DNA from: Laetmonice hystrix
Lineage: Eukaryota
NCBI GenBank assembly: GCA_965235115.1
Contig: OZ249440.1
Coordinates: 35,590,001 to 35,654,000 of the forward strand
Reading direction: 5' to 3'
DNA length: 64,000 nucleotides
Positions within the stretch are counted from its first letter, which is position 1, and each line of letters begins with the position of its first letter. The notes under the pieces were generated by a model. It was not told the origin of the DNA. It did no database searches and worked only from the letters and a program-made list of their open reading frames with translations. The position numbers and the translations under genes were made by a program. Below, piece by piece: positions 23,878 to 37,155 of the stretch.

Positions 23878-25157
23878 TTTACAACAGGCGTCTGTCCCGA
23901 GCTTGACTGCATACTGTTGAGCCAGCTTCAAGCAGTTCAAATCCAGCTTACAATTGCGTTTTTCACCCTCAGTTCCAACATTTATATGAAAGAAAGGAAA
24001 CGTACATACGTCCTTTTGGACTGAGGGTGAAACCTCATCTAGAGGAACTGGATATTGATCTGAACGTCCTGGGGCAGACACACTTTTGCAACATTCCTCC
24101 TTGGGACCTGGAAAAGCCTGACGTCATCCTTCAGTTGGCTCAACTGAAGAAGTCAGAGACTCATCCCCTGACATATTTTGAACATTTTCTTGGCGTCCAG
24201 GCAAGGTACCCCTCACATTATGCCTTCTATACAGATGGCTGAAAGGATGGCAGTGATGTGTCTGCAGCTGCAGCTCATGGCAAGCACAACTTCGGTACCC
24301 GCATCTCAGGGCAAAGTTCCATCTTCTCAGCAGACGCCCGGGCCCTGCTTCTTGCCCTTGAAAATATTGAAGTTTCTAGTGAAAAGGATTTCCTTATTTT
24401 CTCAGATTCCTTATCCTGTCTGCAAGCACTTGCTAACTTGAACACAGATCACCCGGTGATCGTTCAAATCTTGTCCAAGTTGGCAGTGCTTGCCAATGCA
24501 AACTTTGATATTCACTTTTGCTGGGTGCCTGGGCATGTTGGTATCCCAGGCAATGAGCAAGCTGACAGAACTGCCAAGAGGGCTCTTGAAACAGACGTCG
24601 AACTGTGTCCAATCCCAGCCTCTGACCTCAGACCTACCATCTGGGCATACATTAAGAACAAATGGCAGGCTGAATGGGATGAACAACCAAACAATAAATT
24701 GTACCAGATCAGTCCTGTCGTGAACCAAAGGTGTCTTCACGGCCTAAGCCAACGTAGGCATGAAATTGTTTTTACTCGATGCAGGATTGGTCATTCTAGA
24801 TTAACCCATGTGTTTTTATTGAAGGGGGAGCCGCCTCCTGAATGTTATGGCTGTCAATGTCCTTTGACACTGAAGCATCTTTTACTCGAATGTGGTGATT
24901 TTACTCTCATCAGACAAAGGTTTTATAATGAGACAAGTCTTAGGGATCTTTTTAGCAATGTCAGACCAGGAGTGATTTTAGAGTTTTTGTCAGAGGCCGG
25001 ACTTCTGACTCTTTTATAGATGTGTTTTGGTGGTGTTCCCGTTGGGACCCGGGATAAAATAGGTTCCTTTAGTTTTATGGTCTTATAACTCTGTTTTCGC
25101 CGTGAGGATGGCCCCGGATGCCGACACGGCGCAAAACCACCACTACTCACTCACTCA
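23878..25157 (+). mobile_element. 5'-truncated I-group LINE (RNase H, CCHC, tail) flanked by a 77-bp duplication
   Basis: YTDG* (stop), ORF 24258-25019 and tail; duplication at 23801-23877 and 25158-25234. Confidence 0.95.
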
Positions 25158-26428
25158 CTCTTGCTGTGTGCTGTAATGAAACTGTCTTTTACAGTTGACC
25201 TACCTTTGACTTCCTTCTCGTCAAGCATGGCGGCAAAAAACGCCGCCTGAACATCGTTCAGGCGATCCTTGGGATGGGTCGGCGCCAGGTAAGATCCTAT
25301 GAGGGACTGGACGTTTAGATCCAGGTCCTCCACAAGAGGACCCCCCTCCCTTACCGTTCTCCGCTTCGGAGGGGCACCTGCAGCCTCCGCTGGTAGCTTC
25401 CTTTTTACTGATGTGGCTAGGAAATATATAATTCAGTTAAAACGTCAATACTCCACATGACCACCATCCTCGGCACACAGATTTCAGCTCTTATCGACAT
25501 AACACTGATGAATAAACCTTATTTCACAGATCATTTAAAATTCGTGATGGGCCATGCCGTTATGGCTTCCTTGCTCTGAACTGCTCCGGCCTCAGACATG
25601 GGTGAAAGTTACAGGTATCACTTATAATGTTTTCCCTTAAATATGTTATGACACTACTTTTTTGATAAATATCGAATGCAACTTTTTCTTTTAGTATCGG
25701 ATGGTACTTACATTGTCTCTGCCTTTCCGTTTGGATGGTTTGTTCAATCAGTTCTAAAGTGATAACAGAAACTAAATTATTGTTGTTATGTGGACTATTC
25801 ATATGCAAAATTTAGTCGAATCTCTCTTACTATCCCTCTCCCACATGTACACGTTAACTGGGACACCTGATACAAATGTTAACACTTACCCTGTACGTCG
25901 CCAATTTCGACATATAGTGACATTTCTTCACGGACCACATCTGATGGCAAAGCAAGGAGACGGTGATTTCACGATAAGAACCACAGATTGTAAAGCCACA
26001 GGTAGATCAGCGACAAAAGTTCTATCTCATCTAAGGTAGTGGAGTTCTTCAGAACTTCTAATAGGACAATCTCAGTCATTCTCATGTGATTATTTTATTG
26101 TTTATGTAGATGAATTACTATACTGACTTCATGTTATTACATTAACATCTGGTATATTTGACAACATTTTATACTTTACTGATTCAATCATGGTCACCTG
26201 ATCTCTCCCATAGCTACTCCCAGCTATATCTTTCCCCAATAAGTTACAGGTATATATATGGCACCTTTGAGCATTGGCTGCAGAATATCTTGTTCTAGTT
26301 TCATTTTGAGACTAGTCTCAACTGCAGCTACTCTCCTTCTCCTTATAATATTTTTTACTCTTTCCATCAAGTACATGGGGAATGTCCCCTTGGAGGAGGG
26401 CTGGAAGTTGGCTGGCCAGATGAAGTGC

Positions 26429-26554
26429 GTGTTTTGGTTTTGGGACCCGGGATAAAATAGGTTCCTTTGGTTTTATGGTCTTATAACTCTGTTTTCGCTG
26501 TGAAGATGGCCACAGATGCCGACACGGTGCAAAACCACCACTACTCACTCACTC
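26429..26554 (+). mobile_element. I-group LINE 3'UTR fragment with tail
   Basis: gggacccgggataaaatagg...cactactcactcactc. Confidence 0.9.
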
Positions 26555-26887
26555 CATATCTTCTTGTTCTAGTTTCATTTTGAGACTAGTCTCAACTGCA
26601 GCTACTTCTCCTTCTACTTATGATATTTATTACTCTTTCCATCAAGTACATGGGGAATGTCCCCTTGGTGGAGGGCTGGAAGTTGGCTGGCCAGATGAAG
26701 TGCCGCTCCCCTTCATGAATGATTTCCATCACCTTTCTGTCTATGCCCTTGAGATCTGAAAATTTGAGCCGATACTCTTCTTTTCCTTATAATATTCTTT
26801 GCATTTTCTACCAAGTACATGGCGAATGTCCCCTTGGAGGAGGGCTGGAAATTAGCAGGCCATATGAAGTGGTGCTCCCCTTTATGA

Positions 26888-27377
26888 AAACAACCAAACA
26901 ATAAGTTGTATCAGATCAGTCCCATCGTAAACCAAAGGTATCATTATGGCCTAACCCAACGGAGGCATGAAATTGTTTTTACTCGATGCAGAGTTGGTCA
27001 TTCTAGATTAACTCACGTGTTTTTATTGAAGGGGGAGCCACCTCCAAAATGTTATGGCTGTCAGTGTCCTTTGACACTGAAGCATCTTTTACTCGAATGT
27101 GGCGATTTTACTCTCATCAGACAAAGGTTTTATAATGAGACAAGTCTTAAGGATCTTTTTAGCAATATCAGACCAGGAGTGATTTTAGAGTTCTTGTCAG
27201 AGGCTGGACTTCTGACTCTTTTATAGATGTGTTTTGGTGGTGTTCCCGTTGGGACCCGGGATAAAATAGGTTCCTTTGGTTTTATGGTCTTATAACTCTG
27301 TTTTCGCCGTGAATATGGCCCCAGATGCCGACACGGCGCAAAACCACCACTACTCACTCACTCACTCTCACTCACTC
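26888..27377 (+). mobile_element. 5'-truncated I-group LINE copy
   Basis: ORF 26906-27226 (CCHC end), 3'UTR and tail. Confidence 0.9.
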
Positions 27378-28166
27378 CGTCCACCTGGCCAGGGCCACAG
27401 AGTACCGGCCGAGAACAAGCACACACAGTAAATCTTGTATAGACATGTACTAGGAATAAAGGTTATATGGATATACGCGTATTGTGGTAATAAAATATGT
27501 ATGATGTGGATAATACAATGTAATATTATATAATAGGACGTGCAATCAACGTCGGTATGCAGTCGATATTTGTTTGGGTTCTAAAACCAAATCCCAATCC
27601 CACAATGCACCGCGCCAGCCGAGATACCGCAATGGCTTATTACTGGGTATTCTCGGGTCTTCCGAGTTATGCTGGTTCCACACCAGAGCAAGACAACGAC
27701 AAGACAACGACAAGACAACTACAATACAAATACAAAGTCAAAATGTCTTGCTGGTGTGGTATTCACACTGTGTGGAAGAGCAGACCAGCAAGACAGCGAC
27801 AAGACAACTACAATACAAAAATGAATGTACTCTAGACAAGTCAGTGGCAGAGGAGGGAAAATTTTAACCGTCCTGTCATCCGTTCCAATATGGAGGAGGG
27901 GGATCTTCTCGTACTTGCTCTTGCAATTGATGAAGGTGGGAAGAGGAAAAGAGCGCATTGGGTCCATCCAAGCAACAGGAAGAGACAGCGTCTGGGGGAA
28001 TATAACCGGCTAGTGTCAGAGCTTGGGCTCCTGGACGACGCACGATACAGAAATTACATGAGGATGACGAGACTGCAGTTTGCACAGCTTCTTGAAGTAG
28101 TTGGGCCAGAGATATGGAAAATGTCTACTCATTTTCGAAAAGCCATCCAACCTGCTGAACGTCTGG

Positions 28167-31100
28167 AGTGAGTGAGTGAGTAGTGGTGGTTTTGCGCCGT
28201 GTCGGCATCCGGGGCCATCCTCACGGCGAAAACAGAGTTATAACACCATAAAATCAAAGGAACCTATTTTATCCCGGGTCCCAACGGGAACACCACCAAA
28301 ACACATCTATAAAAGATTCAGAAGTCCAGCCTCTGACAAGAACTCTAAAATTACTCCTGGTCTGACATTGCTAAAAAGATCCTTAAGACTCGTCTCATTA
28401 TAAAACCTTTGTCTGATGAGAGTAAAATCACCACATTCGAGTAAAAGATGCTTCAGTGTCAAAGGACATTGACAGCCATAACATTCAGGAGGCGGCTCCC
28501 CCTTCAATAAAAACACGTGGGTTAATCTGGAGTGACCAATCCTGCATCGAGTAAAAACAATTTCATGCCTCCGTTGGGTCAGGCCATGATGATACCTTTG
28601 ATTTACGATGGGACTGATCTGATACAATTTATTGTTTGGTTGTTCATCCCATTCGGCCTGCCATCTGTTCTTAACGTAAGCCCAGATGGTAGGTCTGAGG
28701 TCAGAAGCTGGGATTGGACATGGCTCAACGTCTGTTTCAAGCGCTCTCTTGGCAGTTCTGTCGGCTTGCTCATTGCCCGGGATGCCAACATGACCAGGCA
28801 CCCAGCAAAAGTGAATATCAAAGTTTGCATTGGCAAGCATTGCCAACTTGGACAAGATTCGAACGATCACTGGGTGATCTATGTTCAAGTTAGCGAGTGC
28901 TTGCAGACAGGATAAGGAATCCGAGAAAATGAGGAAGTCCTTTTTGCCAGAAACTTCAATATTTTGAAGGGCCAGAAGCAGGGCCCGGGCCTCTGCTGAG
29001 AAGATGGAACTTTGCCCTGAGATGCGGGTGCCGAAGTTGTGCTTGCCATGAACTGCTGCCGCAGACACATCACTGCCATTCTTTGAGCCATCAGTATAGA
29101 AGGCATAATGAGACGGATACTTTGCCTGGACGTCAAGAAAATGTTCCAAATATGTCAGGGGATGAGTCTCCGACTTCTTCAGTTGAGCCAACTGAAGGAT
29201 GACATCAGGCTTTTCTAGGTCCCAAGGAGGGATATTGCAAAAGTGTGTCTGCCCCAGGACGTTCAGATCAACATCCAGTTCCTCTAGATGAGGTTTCACC
29301 CTTAGTCCAAAAGGACGTATGTACGTTTCCTTTCGTTCATATAAATGTTGGAACTGAGGGTGAAAGACGCAATTGTTAGCTGGATTTGAACCGTTTGTCC
29401 TGAGCTTGACTGCTTAACAATGTCAGACCAGGAGTGATTTTAGAGTTTTTGTCAGAAGCTGGACTTCTGACTCTTTTATAGTTCAGGCTCGTCGATAGCC
29501 CGGTCGGGCTGACAGGATGGAGTGTGTTTTAATAATATTCCCGTTGGGGCCCGGGATAAAATAGGTTCCTTTCATTTCATGGTCTTTTAACCTTGTTTTC
29601 GCCGTGAAGATGGCCCCAGATGCCGGCACGGCGGAAAACCACCACTACTCACTCACTCACTCACTGCATACTGCAGAGCCAGCTTCAGACGCCTGTTGTA
29701 AAGCGAGGGCTCTCTGGCCTCCACATAGAGGCTCTGAACAGGAGACGTTCTAAAAGCCCCAAGTGAAAGCCGCAAACCCTGGTGGTGAACCGTGTCCAAA
29801 AGCCGTATGTAAGACTTACAAGCAGAACCGTAATCTATGCTGCCGTAATCGAGCTTCGACCGGATTAAAGCTCTGTACAGTTGTAAAAGGACTGTACTGT
29901 CTGCCCCCCAGTTTGTGCCAGATAAAACCTTGAGAACATCCAGAGCCTTAAGGGATCTGGATTTGAGCGATTTAATGTGAGGAATAAAAGACAGCTTGCT
30001 GTCAAAAGTGAGACCTAGAAACTTTGTCTCTTTAACAACTTTGACAGGATCTCCATCCATTGTCAACTCGGGGTCAAGATGGAAGGCACGCAGCTTGCAA
30101 AAGTGCATGCAGACCGTTTTAGATTTGGAAAACTTAAAACCATTTTCCACCGACCAAGTATGGATTCTATTAAGGCAAAGTTGGAGTTGTCTTTCAATGG
30201 CATTCATGTTTTTCCCTCTGCAGCAGACGTTAAAGTCATCAACGAACAGGCTGCAGGGCATGCCAGTTTTAACTGAGTTAACAATGCTGTTGATCTTAAG
30301 ACTAAAAAGGGTAACAGACAAAATGCTTCCCTGAGGCACGCCTAATTCTTGGTCATGCAAGTCAGAGAGGGTAGTGCCTACTCTGACTTGAAAGTGTCTG
30401 TTTGATAAAAACTGAGATATAAAAATGGGCAAACGCCCCCTAAAACCCATGTCATGCAAATCTTTTAAAATGCCGTACTTCCATGTTGTGTCGTATGCCT
30501 TTTCAAGGTCGAAAAAGACGGCAACAACATGTTCACGGTTAATAAAAGCATCTCGGATGTATGTCTCAAGTCTGATGAGGTGATCGAGAGTACTTCTCCC
30601 TCGCCGGAAGCCACACTGAAACTCAGTTATGAGTTGCTCAGACTCCAGCTTCCAGACAAGGCGATCATTAATCATTCTCTCCATGGTTTTGCACAAGCAA
30701 CTTGTTAAGGCTATTGGTCTGTAATTGTTAGCTTCACTATGGTCTTTTCCTGGTTTTGGGATGGGAATGATTATTGCTTCTTGCCAGGAAAGTGGAATAG
30801 TACCAGTTGTCCAAATATTGTTGAAATTGTGGAGAAGGATGAGAAGGGTGGTGTCAGGTAAATGTTTTAAGAATTGGTAATGTATTTTATCAGGTCCAAC
30901 TGCAGTGTCGTGTGATTTTTTAAGAGAGCATCTTAGTTCTTCAATGGAGAAGAGTTGGTTATACTCTTCTCTGTTGTCAGAGTTAAAGTTTAGTTTCTGT
31001 TTCTCTTTACGAGCACGAATGGCTTGGAATTGAGGGAGGCAGTTCCTGGAGGAGGAGTTTGTTTGAAAGGTATCAGCCAGTTTGTTTGCTATTTCGTCTG

Positions 31101-32238
31101 TGGTGGTTAGTAGGGTGTCTTGGTGTTTTAAGTGTTGGACTCCAGTACCACCTCCCTTGCCTTTAAGTTTCCGTATCATGTTCCAGACTTTTTTGATGGG
31201 AGTACGAGAGGTCAGGCTGGAGACGTAGTCTCTCCAGCTCTGCCTCCGCCTCTCTTTACAGATACGGCGTGCCCTTGCTCTCATAATTTTAAAGTTAGTT
31301 AGGTTAACTGCAGTTGGATGCCTGTTAAAAAAGCGTTCTGCCTTTTTCCGGTCTTTAATTGCTTGCTTGCATTCATCATTAAACCATGGATTTGAGACAT
31401 GTTTTGGAATTGTCGAGGTTTTAGGAATTGTCTTGTCTGCAATGGAGATCAAAACTGAGGTAAAATGCTCCATTGCTTCAGGATCGTTAATGGTGTCTGC
31501 TGTGAATTCCTCCCGACAGAGGGCCTGAAAGGAGTGCCAGTCGGCTTTTTTAAGTTGCCACCTTTGTTGCTTTTCCCCTATGTTGGGACCTTCATAAGTA
31601 AGGATGGTGGGAAAGTGGTCACTCCCGCAAAGGTCATCCCAGACCCTCCAGGAAAAATCCAACAGCAGATCTGGTTCAGCTATTGCAAGGTCAATGGCTG
31701 TATATGTGCCATGACCAGGATGTAGGTATGTGTTTGAACCGTCATTAAAAATGCACAGAGCATAATTATCAATGAACTCTTCAATCCTCTTGCCCTTGCC
31801 ATCAGTTGTGGTGCCACCCCATAAGGGATTGTGGCCGTTAAAGTCTCCCGTAAGGAGATATGGGGATGGTAGTTGACCCACTAGATCATCAAGATGTTTG
31901 GAGGAATGTATATGGAGCAGATAGTGATGGCTTTATGTAGAGTTAGGCGTATGGCTATTGCTTGTAATGGTGTGTCTATATTGTAACTGGGCTATGGATG
32001 AGGTCTTGTCGAACCAGAATGGCAGTGCCACCAGCAGCACGCTCGCCATCTGGTGCAAAACCAAAGAACGTCTGATAGCCCTTAAAGGAGACCTTGTCTC
32101 GGGCAGTAAGAAATGTTTCTTGTAGGCAAAGGGCAAGAGGGTTGAGATTTTCTGCTAAAAGTCTTGAGTTCATTAAAATTGGTTCTAAAACCTCGACAAT
32201 TCCACTGGAGGAAGCACTTGCCTGCCATCAAGGTGGTT
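28167..32238 (-). mobile_element. I-group (Nimb-like) LINE with near-complete ORF2 (APE, RT, RNase H, CCHC); ORF1 absent
   Basis: ATG at 32228 (LQWNCRG), LCLQET, GDFN, SDHFP, YRPIAL, FFDLEKAYD, GVPQGS, FVDD, YTDGS, WVPGH; 11-bp TSD tgaacgtctgg at 28156-28166 and 32239-32249; lesions in the APE region. Confidence 0.95.
29414..29662 (+). mobile_element. I-group LINE 3' fragment inserted antisense into a copy of its own family
   Basis: 5-bp TSD actgc at 29409-29413 and 29663-29667; removing it restores LQYAVKLRTN. Confidence 0.9.
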
Positions 32239-35200
32239 TGAACGTCTGGCTGTCACTATAAGGTATTGTCATTTTTGATTCAAGGGCCTATCTAATTATA
32301 TCCAATCGAATAGAAAGAACAGTAGCCTACAAGAATAATATTAAATGTACTCTTTATTATGAAAATAAGTCTTTATTTCAAAAATATACTAAAAATAAAC
32401 TCTTGAATAAATAAGCAAGTAAGCAAACACGATCCAGCTTTGAAGAAGCCCAGTTGTCAAGTTCTAAACGTTTAATGCAAACTAAAATCTTAAATAAATA
32501 AATAGCTGTGCAACTTTTTCATTTACATATAACTAGGAAGAAGAGTTCTAGGTTGGGCACCTGTGGTTATTGCCAGCATGTATCCAATTTTTCAGTTGAG
32601 GAGAGCATGTTGAACATAAACTGTAGTGTGTGTTATTATATGCTTGTCTCAAATATATTAGCTGCCTGTGCCCGACCGTTTACCTGTGAACATTGCTTAC
32701 CAAGTTCCAGGCAGGATTGGGTGTCCAAAATTAGACCCTGCCCTACTTATTTGCCGCTTTTAACCTGTCCTACCTACAGACTTATGTATGTGTTTTCAAA
32801 GCCATAGTTGCTTGCCTGAGGTTCGGGAATTCTAAAGTTGCTTGTGCTCTGGTTGTCCCGAGTTGGCATACCAACATGGCTTGTACACGTATTTTGAAAT
32901 CTCTGTGGAGTTGTCCTTGCACCTCATCAACACACTGCCATACCTTTATTTTGAAACGACGCTTTTGTGCAGGCATCATAGATCTGATATCTCCCAATAG
33001 GGACATAAGAAAATTGACATCTGGGTCATCCTCATTGTTGGCTTTCCCACATTCATTGATTTTCTGATCTCTTTCCTCCTTCCTCTTGAGATACGCAATA
33101 ATCTCAGAGGACAGCGGCTTTTCTTCCAGTGTGTTCTTTCCTTTGAGCCTACTCCTCCACCTCTTTGATGGGGGGCCCTCACTCGGACTTGTCTTCTCTG
33201 TCTCAGTGGTCTCCAGACTATTGCTTGTCAGGTCAACTTGTGAGGGTGCACTATAGGTCGCGCACGCATAAAACGTAAAGAAAAAGGTTTGGGAAACGTG
33301 CAGTCGTGGATACTCCTACATAGTGGCGTTGTATATGATGCTCAATAAGGAAGTTATATACTGTTAAAATCGGCTGAAAATGCGCTATCAGACCATATAA
33401 GTTTACTTGTCAACAAGCTTTGGGTCCCGAGATCCAATGGATTGAACAGCTTGAAAGGCAGTAAAAAAGTTACAAAAACATTTGGGCAGCGATTGCGTTG
33501 TAGTGACCTACATTTCGAATAGGAATGTTATCAGTTCACCGAGCGCCATGGTTGTAACCCACAAAAATACCTTTCTGATGATACCTATAACATTGTCAGA
33601 GGTTGTGACAACCCGAAACGAGCACAGCGTGAAGTTCAAAATTGCCGATACAAAACTATTGCTTTTTGCGACACAACTCAATGCAACGTCGCACACTCTC
33701 AAAAATATTATGATGCGTAGCGTAGCCGAAATGGTGACGATTTTCACGCGTAACTTACTGTTCCAAATCTCAACAGTTAACATAAATTCAATCGCATGAA
33801 CGTGCCACAACCGAAACGAAAGCGGCCGAGTGAACGATAATCGGTTTAATGACCTTTAGAGTTAAATCTAGGCCAAGCATCGGGCCAGTCATACTGATCT
33901 GCATTCTCCTCCGACATCACTGCTGCCGCTGCTGACCAAGGCAACATGGTGGGCGTGCAAAGTTCGATGCACGACCCTTGTACGGTAGTGGGTCTACCTA
34001 AACCTACAGACCGGTAACACGTTAGGTATAATCCACAATCAGATCGGCATCGGTTAAACCTTGAGAAGCAGTCGTCATGTGATCCAACATGTGATCTCTT
34101 GACCTCCTCTGACCTGTTGAAGAAAGCTTTCATTGGCCACGCATTTCACTGCATTATGATATGTTAATGATGTTTACATAACAAGTTTGTTGACAGTCCG
34201 AGGTGACAACTGACTTGGAAATCATTGTTTACAAGTAACCAATGTGGAAATAAATGGCATTCTCGTTATTTTACAATAGAGTTGGCATATGTGTAGCGTT
34301 TTTATTCAATTGATTAATGCGTCATTGGATCTCTGGTCAATAAATTCGAATCACGGGAAGCTTGCAGGAGACACCCCGGACATCTTTCGTTGTCCTGGGC
34401 AGTAGCTGACCAGCGTCCACGGCAGAGAACTTTGCCTTTGGACACTGACAGTAACAAGATGGCCTGTTCAGTGTGTGGCCGACGTGCATGCAATGCTCGG
34501 CGACACATGCCGCGTATGAGGTGTACCGTTTGTCACAGACTGGGTCACAATAAACGGAAACACAGGGCACAGCAGGCCTCCCCTAAAAACGCAACCGAAG
34601 GCGCACCACCCCCTGCGGCTGTGAGCCCTACGCGCCCGGCCTATGCGGCCGTCGAAGACCGTCAGTTAAGCCGGGGGAGCAAGACGGCGATTACCCAACC
34701 GGAGCTGGACGTGGCAGCACGGGTGCTGGTCCAGTGCGCCAGAGAGAAGGCTGACCCTTCGTTGATGTCTGACTTTAGACAGCCTGTGGCTAGGTAATTT
34801 AACTTCCTTACAAAACAAGTTAAATTAAATTCTAACCCATAACCCAGCCACACTGCCCACAGCATAGATGACATTAAAAGATAATATTTTTGGTCAATCA
34901 AGCAAACCTATAATATTTTCTAGATCTATAATTTTGTGTAATAAATAGCCTCCATATATCTTTAACATTAAACTTAGTGTACTGTATCATTAACAGTAAA
35001 CTTAGTGTATTAAACTTAAAGCCATAAAGTGGATTAAATTTAATACACTAGTTAAACGAAATTTTCCTTTTGATTTCTAATGTTTTTGCAGTAATAAATG
35101 TGTGCATCGATCTAGATAGAGGTCTAGATGTGGCCATGCACACCTATAAATTCCTGTTCCAATTATTCATTTCTAAACGATCCTGACGAAACGTCACTGT

Positions 35201-37061
35201 ACCGCATGCCGCTTTTTCCTTTCATTATTTTCTTAGGCAGGAAGCCTATACTGAGTATCATGATATATATTATTGGCAAGAAATCCAGAAAAAAAGAAAG
35301 GCAGCAGTATTTAGGCAAACTCCTAAGAAAATTCCCAAACTCTCAGAAGTGTTCAAATCCGAGAAGTTGTAATATTGCTAAAAATTCAATTAGTCCATAT
35401 GATTCATTGATGATTCGGATATAATATATACATGTATATATTATATACATTTTCGTATTTGTATGTAACACACAAACCCAACATGAAGAAATACATAACT
35501 TTAATAGCATCCCATATCATATGTACATTATCAAAGAGCATCGAGAATGACTGGACTTGGCCTGGGAACAATGCATGCCATCCACACAACACTCGTGGGA
35601 GGTGAATGGCCTGAGGCCAAGGAGTCGAGAAGGGGACAATACCCTCGCCGTACAGAGCTTTGCGAGATCTAATAACAAAGGTGTATATTAGCAAAACCAG
35701 CACTTCTATTGATTTTGTTGATTTACAATTTACATTATATGTTCGTGTTGGACCATATCAATCTTGAGCATTCAGTTCGTTTTTTAATGCGTTATCATCA
35801 CCTTCCTCGGCTATATTCAGTGTCACTCTTCGTAACATTGTTCCCCAATTCTGAAGAACATGCAATTATAAAATTCATTACATTCACCAACTTGCTGAAA
35901 TCATGCACTCAGCCTTATTCTAACCACTACTCTATTATGCTAATAATGTTAACATGTTATCAAGTAATTATCAGCATGTATAACATTTTAAGGTCCACAA
36001 CACCATTACAAAGTTGCACAGTAATGGGTGCTTTCCAACAGTGCCACTAATTCTGAGAAGGCTGGACTTCCATCACGGCCTCAAAGTTTCAGCCACCTTG
36101 CTCAGGAAACTGCTGCATAAAGTAAGCTATATGCCTAAGATATGAAGTGTTCATTTTTTCCACTTTGACCTTCCCTATACAGGATGACCACACAAATGTC
36201 ATTTTCAAAATCACTATCACAGATTTTCCCTGTTCTCAGTTATACCTACTAATCATTTTAATCAGTGTTTTAGTCGGGTATTAAAGTGGCTCGGCAGTCA
36301 TCTTGAATAATATATATTCGATCGCAATCATTTGAATGCAACATGAGAATGTCCTTGAGCATCTGCCTAGTTTTTTCCCCTTGGCTGTTAATTTCTTTTC
36401 TGTGCGAACTCCCTGAATTTTGGCAATTTGAAGACGATTCTGATATCCGTCAGCTAATGAATCTATTTTAAAATTCCTTAATTCAAGATTGGCTACTCCT
36501 ACACACAATAGTCTGGGATCCAAGGCCCAAAAATGCAATTTTGAGACGACACCCCTGCTGTAAAATTTTTGACCCTTGGATCATGTTTGTGGGTCTGTTG
36601 GACATCTAAAAGTGATGTTGGACACTTGGTTTCGATTGCGCAGGTTTCGATTGCGCAAGTTGTGTAGACATATTTTTTTTTATGGTACCACGTAAAGATG
36701 GAAGGTGAAAACTTTCGGGGTAGGGGATATGTAATACAGCATAACTCCACAACCGATAATTCTATGATAACAAACTACCACTCATTCTGTTCGGAATAAA
36801 GAGAGCTACAAAATAACATATATAGCGTGTTTTTATTGGATGAGGTATAAGGTCGCTAGAAGTCAAAAGGCGTGAAAAAGTCATGCACGGCCAAAATCTT
36901 AGGTTTTCGACAGTTAAATTTATTTTATTATGCATAATCATCAAATGAGTACAAAACCACACTTGAAATCAACTCTCTAGGTTCCCCTGTTGTTTCTGAG
37001 AAAGTAATATGTTCATTGAACAAGAATTAATGGCACCACATTCATTTGTTTTTAAGTGTCA

Positions 37062-37155
37062 CGCTCAGTACAACACAAAAATCAGCGAATTCGCTTAGTA
37101 CTGCACAAAAATCAGAGAATTCGCTTAGTACAACACAAAAATCTGCGAATTCGCT
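37062..37155. repeat. 30-bp tandem repeat, three copies
   Basis: gcttagtacaacacaaaaatcagcgaattc units. Confidence 0.9.

Noticed and set aside
24923..25150. Recurrent 75-aa ORF MSSGGFAPCR... (also 26318, 27130, 28176, 54212)
   Set aside because: An antisense reading of the LINE 3'UTR starting at a GTG in the tail; it recurs only because the LINE does.
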